DNA of 64,000 nucleotides, from NCBI GenBank assembly GCA_023663365.1, contig JAMPHP010000001.1, positions 1,038,308 through 1,102,307 of the forward strand. Direction: 5' to 3'. The DNA comes from Muribaculaceae bacterium (GTDB taxonomy: Bacteria; Bacteroidota; Bacteroidia; Bacteroidales; Muribaculaceae). Of this stretch, positions 40,203-50,288 are shown in pieces. The position numbers and the translations under genes are program-made. The first letter of the stretch is position 1, and every line of letters starts with the position of its first letter. Below the pieces are notes generated by a model, which was given only the letters and a program-made list of their open reading frames with translations, searched no databases and was not told where the DNA came from.

Positions 40203-42992
40203 TTGCTGATTGTCAAAAACATATTATTCCGACGTGCATTTTGTGCCTTTGCATTGCTGCTGTGTGCCCTTGCAGCCGCTTTTGCATCTGTGCCCATGCG
40301 CAGCCTCGGCACCCCCGACGGCATGAGCGACATGCTCGTCAATGTCATATACAAGGACTCTACCGGCTATGTGTGGTTTGGCACCGATGTGGCTCTCGAC
40401 CGCTTCGACGGAAATGCCGTGCGCACCTATGCTTTCCCCGAGGGTACCTCTGCCCAGCGGAGGATAAGTGCCATCACCGAGGGCTCGGGCGGGATGCTCT
40501 ATGTGGGCAGCCATGCCGGTCTCTTCCGGCTGCGGCTGCACTCCGACGCTCTTGTGCCTGTGCACCCGGCTGAAATCAACTTTGCCGTGCACGATCTGCT
40601 CTACGATGGCGCCACAGCCGAGCTCTTCGCCGCCACCGAGCATGGGCTCTTTACCGTCGATACCAACACGGGGCAATGCAAGCAGACGCTCCTGCGCCCC
40701 GATGTGCTCTCGCGTGAGAACGATGTACTCGCCATGGCCACCGACGGCCGAGGCGGCCTGTGGCTGTCGAGCGGCACGGCGCTGTGGCACATCGACCGAA
40801 GCAACGGCCGCACGCAGTCGTGGCCCGCTCCCGATGCGGCTCCGGTGTGCCGCATGGTCTATGGCGACGACGGTGTGCTCTATATAGGCTCGGAGGGCAG
40901 GGGAGTGCTGCGCTTCGACACGGCCTCACGCCGCTGGCTCGATCCACTTGAGATAGGCAACAACATCATCACCGATGTGCAGGCGCTGCCCGACGGCCGC
41001 CTGCTCGTGTCGACCGACGGCGAAGGCGTGTATATCCACGGCGACAGCCGGGAGGTCTGCCGCCACCTCTCGCAGGCGGGCGTCGCAGCTTCCAAGCTCA
41101 GTTCCAACTCCGTGTATTCCGTGCTCTACGACGACAGCGGAGTGCTGTGGGTAGGCTACTACCAGCAAGGCGTCGACTACCGCCCGCACACCAGCGGCCT
41201 CTTCGACATCTATTCACGCCCCGGGCAGCTCGACACCGCCCCGCTCACCGTGCGCGCTGTCGACATCGACGGCCCGCGTAAGCTCATAGGCACACGCGAG
41301 GGATTGTACTATGTGGATGAGAGCACCGGCGCATACGCCGAGTTCCATGCTCCGCAGATACGCTCCAACATCATCTTCTGCGTGGCACGCCACGGCCGCC
41401 GCTACTATGTGGGCACCTATGGCGGAGGTATGTACGTGTTCGACCCCGAAGCACTTACTCTGAGCGACTTCGATGCCTCGCGGGCACCCTTCACCACCGG
41501 CTCGGTGTTCTGCATTGCCTTCGATGCCGATGCCACCATGTGGGTGGGTACCTCTCACGGCCTTTACCGATTTCGCGACGGGCGCGAGATAGCGCACTAC
41601 ACCGAGCTCAACTCGCAGCTGCCGCCGGGCAACGTCTACGAGATTTTCTTCGACAGTGCCGGCCGCGGCTGGATATGCACTGAGCATGGTATGGCTATAT
41701 GGAACGGCAGCGAGCTGCGCACCGACCGCTTCCCGCGCAACTTTGCCGACCGCACCAAGATACGCGACATATACGAGGACAGCCGCCACCGGCTCTACTT
41801 CGTGCCCGACCGCGGCGAGGTATTCACCAGCAATCTCGAGCTCACCGACTACGGCAACCGCCCTTATCCGTCCACATACCCCGGTGTGTTCACCACCTTT
41901 GTGATAGAGGACGAGGACAGCGCACTGTGGTTCGGCACCGACAAGGGGCTCATCCGCTCCGACGACAGCGGCAACTTTTTCCTCTTCAACGCCTCCGACG
42001 GGCTCCTGCACCAGGTGTTCACTCTTTGTCCGCCCGTGCGCGACCCCGAGGGCAACCTGTGGTTCGGGAATACCAGAGGCCTGGTGAAGCTCAATTACGA
42101 GAATTTCAGAGCCGATGCCGACCGCTCGCGCCCTGTGGGTGTCACCGACATCGAAGCAAACGGCAAGAGCGTCTACAGCCGCATACGCCGCGATGCCGCG
42201 GTGCCAATGCTATCCCTTGCCGATAACGAGAACAATCTCACTATCCGTGTGTCAGACTTCAGCTATGTCGAGCCTCAGTACGGCAACTACGAGTATATGC
42301 TCGACGGCTACGACACCGAGTGGCGCAACACGCACGGCAACGAGACCATCCACTACTACGATCTGCCCCCCGGCACATACACGCTTCGTCTGCGCCAGCT
42401 CGGCCACACAAGCGGAGAGACGGCCATGATAGTGAAAGTGTACTCAGGCATCAACGCTCTCATGCTCGCCCTGGTGATTTTGCTCGTGATCACCACTTCG
42501 GTGGCTGCGGTGGTGCTTGTGCGCCACACACGGCACCTGCGCGAGGAGCGTCGCAGGGTAGAGGAGAGCGCACGCGCAGCCGAAGGCGGCGACAGTGCCG
42601 AAGATGCCGACGAGCCCAAGAAGCGCTACCGCACCACCAGCCTCACCGATGAGGAGTGCCGCCGCCTTGAGCGCCTGCTCGACAATATCATGAAGACGCA
42701 GAAGCCATATACCGATGTCAACCTCAAGAGCGCCGACCTCGCACGCCTTGCCGGCACTACCGGCCACGCTCTGTCGTATCTCTTCAACCAGTATATGGGC
42801 AAGAGCTACTACGACTATGTGAACCACTACCGCGTGGAGGAGTTCAAGCGCCTCGTTGCCGAAACCGACACAAGCCGCTACACACTCTCGGCCATGGCAC
42901 AGATGTGCGGCTTTTCGTCGAGAGCGTCGTTCTTCCGCCACTTCAAGGCCATCGCAGGCATCACGCCCGCCGAGTATATGAAGAACCTGTAG
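40203..42992 (+). CDS. Membrane one-component sensor: periplasmic Reg_prop beta-propeller repeats plus Y_Y_Y domain, a TM helix, and a cytoplasmic AraC-type HTH (no HisKA/HATPase/REC seen)
   Basis: Repeated …G.(L/V)W(F/V)GT..GL… propeller motifs. Y_Y_Y motif YEYMLDGYDTEWRN…YYDLPPGTYTLRL. TM helix LMLALVILLVITTSVAAVVLV. C-terminus …MCGFSSRASFFRHFKAIAGITPAEYMK. The start is an apparent TTG at 40203, because no in-frame ATG precedes the signal peptide. Confidence 0.8.
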   Translation: MLIVKNILFRRAFCAFALLLCALAAAFASVPMRSLGTPDGMSDMLVNVIYKDSTGYVWFGTDVALDRFDGNAVRTYAFPEGTSAQRRISAITEGSGGMLYVGSHAGLFRLRLHSDALVPVHPAEINFAVHDLLYDGATAELFAATEHGLFTVDTNTGQCKQTLLRPDVLSRENDVLAMATDGRGGLWLSSGTALWHIDRSNGRTQSWPAPDAAPVCRMVYGDDGVLYIGSEGRGVLRFDTASRRWLDPLEIGNNIITDVQALPDGRLLVSTDGEGVYIHGDSREVCRHLSQAGVAASKLSSNSVYSVLYDDSGVLWVGYYQQGVDYRPHTSGLFDIYSRPGQLDTAPLTVRAVDIDGPRKLIGTREGLYYVDESTGAYAEFHAPQIRSNIIFCVARHGRRYYVGTYGGGMYVFDPEALTLSDFDASRAPFTTGSVFCIAFDADATMWVGTSHGLYRFRDGREIAHYTELNSQLPPGNVYEIFFDSAGRGWICTEHGMAIWNGSELRTDRFPRNFADRTKIRDIYEDSRHRLYFVPDRGEVFTSNLELTDYGNRPYPSTYPGVFTTFVIEDEDSALWFGTDKGLIRSDDSGNFFLFNASDGLLHQVFTLCPPVRDPEGNLWFGNTRGLVKLNYENFRADADRSRPVGVTDIEANGKSVYSRIRRDAAVPMLSLADNENNLTIRVSDFSYVEPQYGNYEYMLDGYDTEWRNTHGNETIHYYDLPPGTYTLRLRQLGHTSGETAMIVKVYSGINALMLALVILLVITTSVAAVVLVRHTRHLREERRRVEESARAAEGGDSAEDADEPKKRYRTTSLTDEECRRLERLLDNIMKTQKPYTDVNLKSADLARLAGTTGHALSYLFNQYMGKSYYDYVNHYRVEEFKRLVAETDTSRYTLSAMAQMCGFSSRASFFRHFKAIAGITPAEYMKNL

Positions 42993-43253
42993 TTGCCGGA
43001 AAAATCCTTAGAATAACCAAAATCTGAAATACCTTAAAGTCTCAAATTATTATGAAACTAACAATCTCAATTTCTTAAACAACACGCACACAACACTATG
43101 CCGCACTTCATGTCTTGCTAAATGAAGTGCGACAAAAACGGCCTTTGATTTTTTTGCTGCCTAATTTCAAGGTGATAATTTTGCATCGTCGCCGAACACC
43201 CGGCGACCTTACATCCACTGACCCGGAAAATCTTAACCTTAAAATAGACCGCC

Positions 43254-43769
43254 ATGAAGACTTCGGCTTCAACACGAGAAAACATCATTGCTCAATCGTA
43301 TGTAGACCACCACGCGCGAGTGCTCAACTACGTGTCGGCGCGCGTCAACGACCGCTTCGATGCCGAGAACATAGCACAGGATGTGTGGGTGCGCCTGATT
43401 GAGTGTGGCAAGGAACTCGCCGCAGAAAGCCTCACTTCGCTCATTTTTACAATAGCCCACAACCTCGTCAACGACTATCTCCGCCGCTTCTATCTGGTGC
43501 AGAGCGTGCGCGAGGAGCTCACCGCCGGTGCCACAGAGCCGCTCTACGACGCCGAGGCTGAAATCAACAGTCGCGACCTCGCCTCGCACGAGCATCGCTT
43601 CGTTGAGTGTATGCCCACACAGCGACGTACTATATATATAATGAGCCGCTACGACGACATGAGCGTGGGCGACATAGCCGACAGCCTCGACCTCTCTTTC
43701 CGTACCGTCGAGAACCATCTCCGCCTCGGCCGTCGCGATGTACGCGCCTTCATGAGTGCGATAGCCTGA
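43254..43769 (+). CDS. ECF-type RNA polymerase sigma-70 factor
   Basis: Region 2 (…AENIAQDVWVRL…IAHNLVNDYLRR) and region 4 (…MSVGDIADSLDLSFRTVENHLRLGR). Confidence 0.85.
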   Translation: MKTSASTRENIIAQSYVDHHARVLNYVSARVNDRFDAENIAQDVWVRLIECGKELAAESLTSLIFTIAHNLVNDYLRRFYLVQSVREELTAGATEPLYDAEAEINSRDLASHEHRFVECMPTQRRTIYIMSRYDDMSVGDIADSLDLSFRTVENHLRLGRRDVRAFMSAIA

Positions 43770-43820
43770 AAAATCAAAGACATTAATTACCTTAATCAAT
43801 AAACCAACCATCCAATCCTT

Positions 43821-46800
43821 ATGCGAAAGAGATTTCACAATGTCTCGACCTTGCGCGGTACGCTGATATGCAGTGTGGCCGTTGCAGCGCTTGTGCTTGG
43901 CTGCCCGGCTTCAATGTTTGCCGAGCCCGCACCCGCGCCTGCAGCTGCCGCAGCGCTCACTACCGTAACCGGCGAGGTGCTCGACAGCACGGGTGAACCA
44001 TTGATCGGCGCGAGTGTGTCGGTGAAAGGTCAGCCCGGCGGTGCCGTTACCGACATCGACGGTAACTTCTCGATAAAAATGCCCGCAGGAGCCACTCTCG
44101 TGGTGAGCTACGTAGGCTTCAAACCCAAGGAAGTGAAGCCCGAAGGCTCGCACGTGGTAGTCACCCTCACCGAGGACAACAATGTGCTCGGCGAAGTGGT
44201 GGTAGTGGGCTACGGTACTCAGAAAAAAGCTACGATGACCGGCTCCGTGGCCGTGATCGACGAGAAAGCCATGGAGAACAAGGGTAGCCTCTCCAGCCCC
44301 GTGCAGGCGCTGCAGGGTCAGGTGCCCGGTGTGATCATCACCCGCAACAGCTCCGCCCCCGGCGATGAGTCGTGGAGCATGAGCCTCCGCGGTGCCGTGT
44401 CGAAGAACGCCGCCGAACCCCTCGTGATTATCGACGGTGTGGAGTATGAGAGCGTCAACGAGCTCCGCCTCCTCAACCCCTCCGACATTGAGTCGATGAA
44501 CTTCCTTAAGGATGCCGCAGCATCGATCTACGGTAGCAAGGCTGCCGGCGGTGTAGTGCTCGTCACCACCAAGAAAGCCAAGGAAGGCAAGGTGAAGGTA
44601 GAGTACAGCGGCTCGTACACCTACAAGCACATCGGTCTTCAGGCTGAGGCCATGAGTCTCGACGAGTGGGCCGACGCTATCCTCCAGGCCCGCACAAACG
44701 ACGGCTACAACCTCCAGAACGACGTGTGGATGAAGTATGCCACCATGGCAAAGCTCTACAAGAATCAGTGGATCGCCGGCAACCCCCTCGGCATGGCCAA
44801 GGTGAGCGAGATGGTCTTCTTCGACACCGACTGGCAGGATGTGATGTGGGGCGACTCGTGGAGTACCCAGCATGAGCTCTCTGTGAGCGGCGGTACCGAC
44901 AAGAACACCTACCGCTTCTCGCTCGGCTACATGTACGACGACTCCAACCTCAAGTGGGGCAACAACCACAACCAGCGTATCAACCTCCGCCTGAACAACA
45001 ACATGCAGCTGGCCCGCAACTTCAGCCTCCAGAGCGTGATCAGCTACAACCGTCAGGATCAGGTTGCACCCTCGCAGATCGGTGCCGCTCTCAATGTGGG
45101 CCAGGCTCAGCCCGGCTTCCCCACATCGACTATCGACGGCAAGCCCTTCAGCTGGGGTCAGGACTGGAAGACACCCAACTGGCTCTGCGAGCTCGGTGGT
45201 GACAATAAGCTCAAGGTCAACGCGGTGAATATCAGCGAGACCCTCAAGTACACCATCCTCGAGGGCTTCAACGCAAATGCCGTGCTCGGCTACAACCACT
45301 CCGAGGCCATCCGCGACACCAAGTACAAGTCGATCGATTTCTACCTCTACAACGGTCAGACCATCGACCAGACTTACCCCCTCAAGACAGGCAAGGACTC
45401 CAACAGCTACGAGAAATCCGCTTCCAGCACCGACTTCTACTCCGTGCAGGCTTATCTCGACTACAACAAGACGTTCAACCAGGTGCACGACATGACCGTA
45501 ATGGCCGGTGTGCAGTACAACATGAAGCAGTACGAGTACACCCGCGTGCGCACTCAGGAAATCCAGCCCACCCTTGAGGTGCCCAACGGCACCGGCACCA
45601 TCACCGTGCCGAGCGCACAGCGCTGGGAAGAGGCCATCCTCTCGTACTACGGCCGTGCCAATTACGCCTACAACAGCAAGTATATGATCGAAGGCCAGTT
45701 CCGCTACGACGGCAGCTCCAAGTTCCAGGCCGCCAACCGCTGGGCCTTCTTCTGGGGCGCATCGCTCGGCTGGCGTATCACCGAGGAAGCCTTCATGCAG
45801 AATATCAAGCAGTGGGTCAACGAGCTCAAGCTCCGCGCCTCATATGGCAACGTGGGTAACCAGAGCGGTATCGACCGCTATGCCGGCGTGATGCTCTACA
45901 ACCTCAGCAGCACCGGCGGCAACATCATCGGCGGCGAGCTCGTGGGCACCATGGACACCAACGGCAAGCTCGTCAGCACCGACCGCACCTGGGAGCGTGT
46001 GCACAACTACAACATCGCTCTCGACTTCGGCTTCTTCAACAATCGCCTCAGCGGTACCTTCGAGTACTTCTGGAAGCGCACCAACAACATGCTCATCGAC
46101 GTGCTCTATCCCGGCATCCTCGGCGACAAAGCTCCTACTGCCAACAAGGGTAAATTCAAAGCCTACGGTTGGGAAGGTCAGGTCACCTGGCGCGACCGCA
46201 TCGGTCAGGTCAACTACTACGTGGGCGGAACATTCACCAACGTGGAGAACCGCCTCGTGGACAACGGCGGCTCCGGCGCTATCGGTGCAGGCACACGCTC
46301 CGACCAGGAAGGCTATCCTCTCAACTCTGTGTGGGGCTACCGTTATGCAGGCAAAATCCAGAACGAAGAGCAGCTTGAAAAGTACAAGGCACGCTACCGC
46401 GAAGGCTTCGGCCTGGCCGGCAACATCGAGCTGCTGCGCGTGGGCGACAATATGTTCCAGGACGTCAACGGCGACGGCAAGCTCGACCAGGACGACCTCG
46501 TGTACCTCGGCACCGACGACCCCAAGATCCAGTACTCTTTCAACGCCGGCGTTGAGTGGAACGGCTTCGACCTCGGTGTAGTATTCCAGGGCGCCGCCAA
46601 TCGCACCATCTGGCGCGTGACCGGCACCGGCAACGACCCCGACCCCTGGCGTGTGCCCATGCGCAACACCTACCAGAACACCTCCAACCACTTCGTTGGC
46701 AACATCTGGAGCCCCGAGACCCCTGACAACCGCTATCCTACCCTCACCAACCAGGCCGGTATCAACGACTATAACTACCAGTGCTCATCGTGGTCGGTGC

Positions 46801-47036
46801 AGGATGGCTCGTACCTCCGCCTCAAGAACCTCACCATCGGCTACACACTTCCGCGCCACATCATCGAGCGCCAGAAAGTGCTCTCCAACGTGCGCGTCTA
46901 CGTGACCGGCACCGACATCTGGGAGTGGAAGAAGAACACCGACGACTGGGATCCCGAGGCTGCGCGCCGCATCACCAACTCGGCCCGTTATCCCTTCCTC
47001 CGCACATGGACCGTGGGCGCTACCGTAAGTTTCTAA
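43821..47036 (+). CDS. susC: SusC/RagA-family TonB-dependent outer-membrane transporter
   Basis: CarboxypepD_reg-like N-terminus (VTGEVLDSTGEPLIGASVSVKG…DGNFSI), plug (VVVGYGTQKK), and C-terminal …RTWTVGATVSF. Confidence 0.92.
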   Translation: MRKRFHNVSTLRGTLICSVAVAALVLGCPASMFAEPAPAPAAAAALTTVTGEVLDSTGEPLIGASVSVKGQPGGAVTDIDGNFSIKMPAGATLVVSYVGFKPKEVKPEGSHVVVTLTEDNNVLGEVVVVGYGTQKKATMTGSVAVIDEKAMENKGSLSSPVQALQGQVPGVIITRNSSAPGDESWSMSLRGAVSKNAAEPLVIIDGVEYESVNELRLLNPSDIESMNFLKDAAASIYGSKAAGGVVLVTTKKAKEGKVKVEYSGSYTYKHIGLQAEAMSLDEWADAILQARTNDGYNLQNDVWMKYATMAKLYKNQWIAGNPLGMAKVSEMVFFDTDWQDVMWGDSWSTQHELSVSGGTDKNTYRFSLGYMYDDSNLKWGNNHNQRINLRLNNNMQLARNFSLQSVISYNRQDQVAPSQIGAALNVGQAQPGFPTSTIDGKPFSWGQDWKTPNWLCELGGDNKLKVNAVNISETLKYTILEGFNANAVLGYNHSEAIRDTKYKSIDFYLYNGQTIDQTYPLKTGKDSNSYEKSASSTDFYSVQAYLDYNKTFNQVHDMTVMAGVQYNMKQYEYTRVRTQEIQPTLEVPNGTGTITVPSAQRWEEAILSYYGRANYAYNSKYMIEGQFRYDGSSKFQAANRWAFFWGASLGWRITEEAFMQNIKQWVNELKLRASYGNVGNQSGIDRYAGVMLYNLSSTGGNIIGGELVGTMDTNGKLVSTDRTWERVHNYNIALDFGFFNNRLSGTFEYFWKRTNNMLIDVLYPGILGDKAPTANKGKFKAYGWEGQVTWRDRIGQVNYYVGGTFTNVENRLVDNGGSGAIGAGTRSDQEGYPLNSVWGYRYAGKIQNEEQLEKYKARYREGFGLAGNIELLRVGDNMFQDVNGDGKLDQDDLVYLGTDDPKIQYSFNAGVEWNGFDLGVVFQGAANRTIWRVTGTGNDPDPWRVPMRNTYQNTSNHFVGNIWSPETPDNRYPTLTNQAGINDYNYQCSSWSVQDGSYLRLKNLTIGYTLPRHIIERQKVLSNVRVYVTGTDIWEWKKNTDDWDPEAARRITNSARYPFLRTWTVGATVSF

Positions 47037-47058
47037 TCACAGGAAAACGACACAGACA

Positions 47059-48771
47059 ATGAACAACATATTCAAATATATAGCCATCGGCGCAGTAGCT
47101 CTCATGAGCACATCTTGCCTTGAGCTCTCTCCCAAGGATCAGCTCGCCGACCCCGACCTCTGGGGCGAACCGGCCGACTTCCAGACCTTCGCCAACAAGT
47201 TCTACGACTGGCTCCCCAACTACGGCATGATCTACGCCGACAATGTGCACTGCGACCGCCACAGCGACCTTATCCGCTACGACCAGGGCATCGACGCCAT
47301 CAGCGCCGGCACCTACACCGTGGGTGAAAGCGACGGCGACTACACCGGTGCTTACGACCGCATCCGCCGCTGCAACCTTCTGATCGAGAACTCGGCACGC
47401 TACGGCGGCAACCCCCAGGACATCCGTCAGGCTGTGGGTGAGGCCTACTTCTTCCGTGCTTGGAACTACTTCCAGCTCCTCCAGAAGTTCGGCGACGTGA
47501 TCATCGTGCGCTCAACCATCGACACCGACAGCCCGCTCCTCTTCGCCGAGCGCGACGACCGTGCTCTCGTGGCCGATTTCATCATCGAGGACCTTAAGAC
47601 AGCCGCCGAATACCTCAAGCCTACCGCCGACGTCGAAGAAGGCCGTGTCGGCAGCGAAGGCGCTCTCGGTTTCCTCAGCCGTGTAGGTCTTTTTGAAGGC
47701 ACTTGGCAGATCTATCACAAGAAGAATGATGCCCGTGGCCGTGCTTTCTGCACCGAGGCAGCCGATGCTGCCCGCAAGGTGATCGACGGCAAGAAGTTCG
47801 AGCTCTTCTACAACACCGTGCTCGGCGACGCTTCGCAGAAGTATATGTTTATCCTCGAGGATGTGCAGTGCAACGGCGCCGGCCTCAACAAGGATGCCAA
47901 CAAAGAGTATATCATCAAGCGCTGCTTCGACGAGGCTCTCAAGCCCGGCGGCCGCAACGTGTCCACCGAGATATTCTTCCAGCACCAGTGGGTGGCCTCC
48001 AAGTTTGCCGATATGTACCTCTGCCAGGATGGTCTGCCCATCGACAAATCGCCCCTCTTCCGCGGCCGCGACCGCATGGTGAGCGAATGGCAGAACCGCG
48101 ACCACCGTATGCGCTACACCCTCTGCCAGCCCGGTGACAACTTCTGGAACAACGACAAGAGCCGCATCGACTGGTCGGGTAGCGACGAAGAAATTGCAGT
48201 GGCAGCACGCCGCAATGCCGTGCCCAACGGCGGCACAGGCTACTTCCACCAGAAATGGTCGGTAGAGCGCAAGGTGAAGGACAACCAGCAGAGTTTCGAC
48301 TGGCCCGTGCTCCGCTACGCCGAAGTGCTCCTGAACTATGCCGAGGCTACTTTCGAGGCAAACGGCGGTACTATCTCCGACGACGACCTCAACATCTCGC
48401 TCAACCTCACCCGCAAGCGTGTCAATAAAGAGATGCCCGCGCTCACCAACGCTTTCGCCGCAGCCAACGGCCTCGACATGCGCACCGAAATCCGCCGCGA
48501 GCGCACTCTCGAGCTCTTCCAGGAAGGCTTCCGCCTCGACGACCTCCGCCGCTGGAAGACTGCCGAAGTGGAGATGCCCATGAACATCACCGGCATCGTA
48601 TGGAAGGGCGAGTGGATCACCAAGTGGCCCGCAACAGGCTTCCCCACCGACGCCGAGGGCCGCATCGTGGTAGAGAGCGGACGTGTGTTCGACCAGAAGC
48701 ACTACCTTTTCCCCTTGCCTTACAACCAGCTCCAGCTCAACCCCAACCTCAAGCAGAACCCCGGCTGGTAA
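47059..48771 (+). CDS. susD: SusD/RagB-family glycan-binding lipoprotein
   Basis: Lipobox (ALMSTSC), …EAYFFRAWNYFQLLQKFGDV…, …LRYAEVLLNYAEA…, …RRERTLELFQEGFRLDDLRRW…. Confidence 0.92.
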   Translation: MNNIFKYIAIGAVALMSTSCLELSPKDQLADPDLWGEPADFQTFANKFYDWLPNYGMIYADNVHCDRHSDLIRYDQGIDAISAGTYTVGESDGDYTGAYDRIRRCNLLIENSARYGGNPQDIRQAVGEAYFFRAWNYFQLLQKFGDVIIVRSTIDTDSPLLFAERDDRALVADFIIEDLKTAAEYLKPTADVEEGRVGSEGALGFLSRVGLFEGTWQIYHKKNDARGRAFCTEAADAARKVIDGKKFELFYNTVLGDASQKYMFILEDVQCNGAGLNKDANKEYIIKRCFDEALKPGGRNVSTEIFFQHQWVASKFADMYLCQDGLPIDKSPLFRGRDRMVSEWQNRDHRMRYTLCQPGDNFWNNDKSRIDWSGSDEEIAVAARRNAVPNGGTGYFHQKWSVERKVKDNQQSFDWPVLRYAEVLLNYAEATFEANGGTISDDDLNISLNLTRKRVNKEMPALTNAFAAANGLDMRTEIRRERTLELFQEGFRLDDLRRWKTAEVEMPMNITGIVWKGEWITKWPATGFPTDAEGRIVVESGRVFDQKHYLFPLPYNQLQLNPNLKQNPGW

Positions 48772-48799
48772 TAACAAGTCTTAATCATCTGATAATACA

Positions 48800-50254
48800 A
48801 TGAAAAAGAACAATATATTTGGCGCAGCTCTCGTGGTGGCCTGCGGTGCGGCTCTCAGCCTCGCCTCCTGCGACGACGACAAGCAGTTCACCCTCGACGG
48901 CGACCAGGCCTTCATGCTCGAGGAAATCTCCTTCGACGTGAGCGAGACCCTTCCTCTGGCCGTGGGTATGGACTCCACCATCACCTACACTGTGCTCCCC
49001 GAGGATGCCACAAACAAGAACGTCGTATTCTCCTCTTCCGACGAGAGCGTGGCAACCGTCGACCCCGACGGCACCATCCACGCCTTGGCCGAGGGTATGG
49101 CTATCGTCACGGCGCGCTCCGAAATCGGCTTCAAAGTGTTCGAGGCCGAGGCCACGGTTGTGGTGAATGTTATTCCCGAAATCATCAAGGCTCAGCAGAT
49201 CGACGTAATCTGCCTCACCGAGCCCGACGACGAGGGCAAGTACTATGTGACCGACGAGCTTCAGTTCACCACCGAAATCCTCCCCGCCGACCACACTTAC
49301 AGCCGTGTGCACTGGACCACCGGCGACGAGAACATCGCCACTGTCGACCAGACCGGCCTTGTGAAGTGCCTCGCCATGGGCGATGTCACCATCCACGCTC
49401 ACGCCACCGACCACAGCGGTGTGCGCGGTGAGTACAAGCTCCACATCAACCGCAACGTGAGCGTCGAGCGCGTAGAGATCGCTCCCGTAGCAGAGCCTCT
49501 CTGCCTCACCCGCGGCGCTTATGCCCTCGATGTGACTTACTTCCCCGCCGACGGCACAATCGGTTCGGTTGAGTGGGAGAGCGACGACGAGACCGTGCTC
49601 ACCGTGCATCGCGGTGTGGTCACACCCCGTGGCTTCGGCTCGGCCAACATCACCGCTACCTGCCCCGAGACCGGCAGCAAGACCAGCGTAAGCATCACCG
49701 TTGATCCGGGTTGGTACATCTGGGATGCCCAGAATAAGTGGAACGGCTGGATTATCACTCAGCCCGGCAACCACTGCGACCCCGACAATCCCGAGGACCG
49801 CGACAACGGCGTATGGCACATCAACCTCAAGGTGCCTGCCGTGGGCGGCAAGTGGCGTGCCGACATCAAGTACGACTGCAGCGAGGCCAATCCTATGTAC
49901 ATGTACACCAACAACTACCCGGTGTTCGCAATGCGCATGACCCGCATCGGCAACATGAACTCGACTCTCGATGCCACCACCAAGCCCTTCGGCAATGCCG
50001 GCACACCCAACCCCAAGAACGGTATCGACCTCGGCGACGGCACTCAGCTGCTGATCTACAATGTGGCCACACGCCCCAACTACGTGGGTCAGATCGAACT
50101 GCCGTTCAGCCTCTTCCAGATCAAGATTGCCGACATCCCCTACGACAAGATTTCGCTCGACAAGCCTTACTACGAAGTGTACTGGATGCGCACATTCAAG
50201 AGCGAGGACGAAGCCAAGGCTTTTGCACAGGCTGAAGTTGCCGCCGGAAAATAA
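48800..50254 (+). CDS. PUL surface lipoprotein with Big_2-type Ig repeats and a C-terminal domain shared with the T9SS protein 38639..40072
   Basis: Lipobox LSLASC. Three repeats have the pattern …V.P.DATNK.V.(W/F)SS.DE.VATVD..G.V.A.A.G.A. See the findings for the C-terminal homology. Confidence 0.7.
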   Translation: MKKNNIFGAALVVACGAALSLASCDDDKQFTLDGDQAFMLEEISFDVSETLPLAVGMDSTITYTVLPEDATNKNVVFSSSDESVATVDPDGTIHALAEGMAIVTARSEIGFKVFEAEATVVVNVIPEIIKAQQIDVICLTEPDDEGKYYVTDELQFTTEILPADHTYSRVHWTTGDENIATVDQTGLVKCLAMGDVTIHAHATDHSGVRGEYKLHINRNVSVERVEIAPVAEPLCLTRGAYALDVTYFPADGTIGSVEWESDDETVLTVHRGVVTPRGFGSANITATCPETGSKTSVSITVDPGWYIWDAQNKWNGWIITQPGNHCDPDNPEDRDNGVWHINLKVPAVGGKWRADIKYDCSEANPMYMYTNNYPVFAMRMTRIGNMNSTLDATTKPFGNAGTPNPKNGIDLGDGTQLLIYNVATRPNYVGQIELPFSLFQIKIADIPYDKISLDKPYYEVYWMRTFKSEDEAKAFAQAEVAAGK

Positions 50255-50288
50255 CCAATCCTAATTATCGCCAACATTACAAATCAAT

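Noticed and set aside
43770-43820. Search for a FecR-type anti-sigma gene between the ECF sigma factor and SusC
   Set aside because: There are only 51 bp and no ORF. The absence is recorded as a finding, not as a feature.
43911-45488. Very long antisense ORFs across the GC-rich host half (for example 43911..45488, 45840..46691, 47512..48777, 48785..49819, 50304..51233, 52790..53737, 54050..55555, 57609..59024, 59855..61780, 37340..38503, 41214..42011)
   Set aside because: Each lies opposite a gene with clear family motifs (SusC, SusD, GH97, GH43 and others). Their translations are V/G/A/H-rich and low in complexity, as expected for the reverse frame of GC3-biased genes. These are shadow ORFs.
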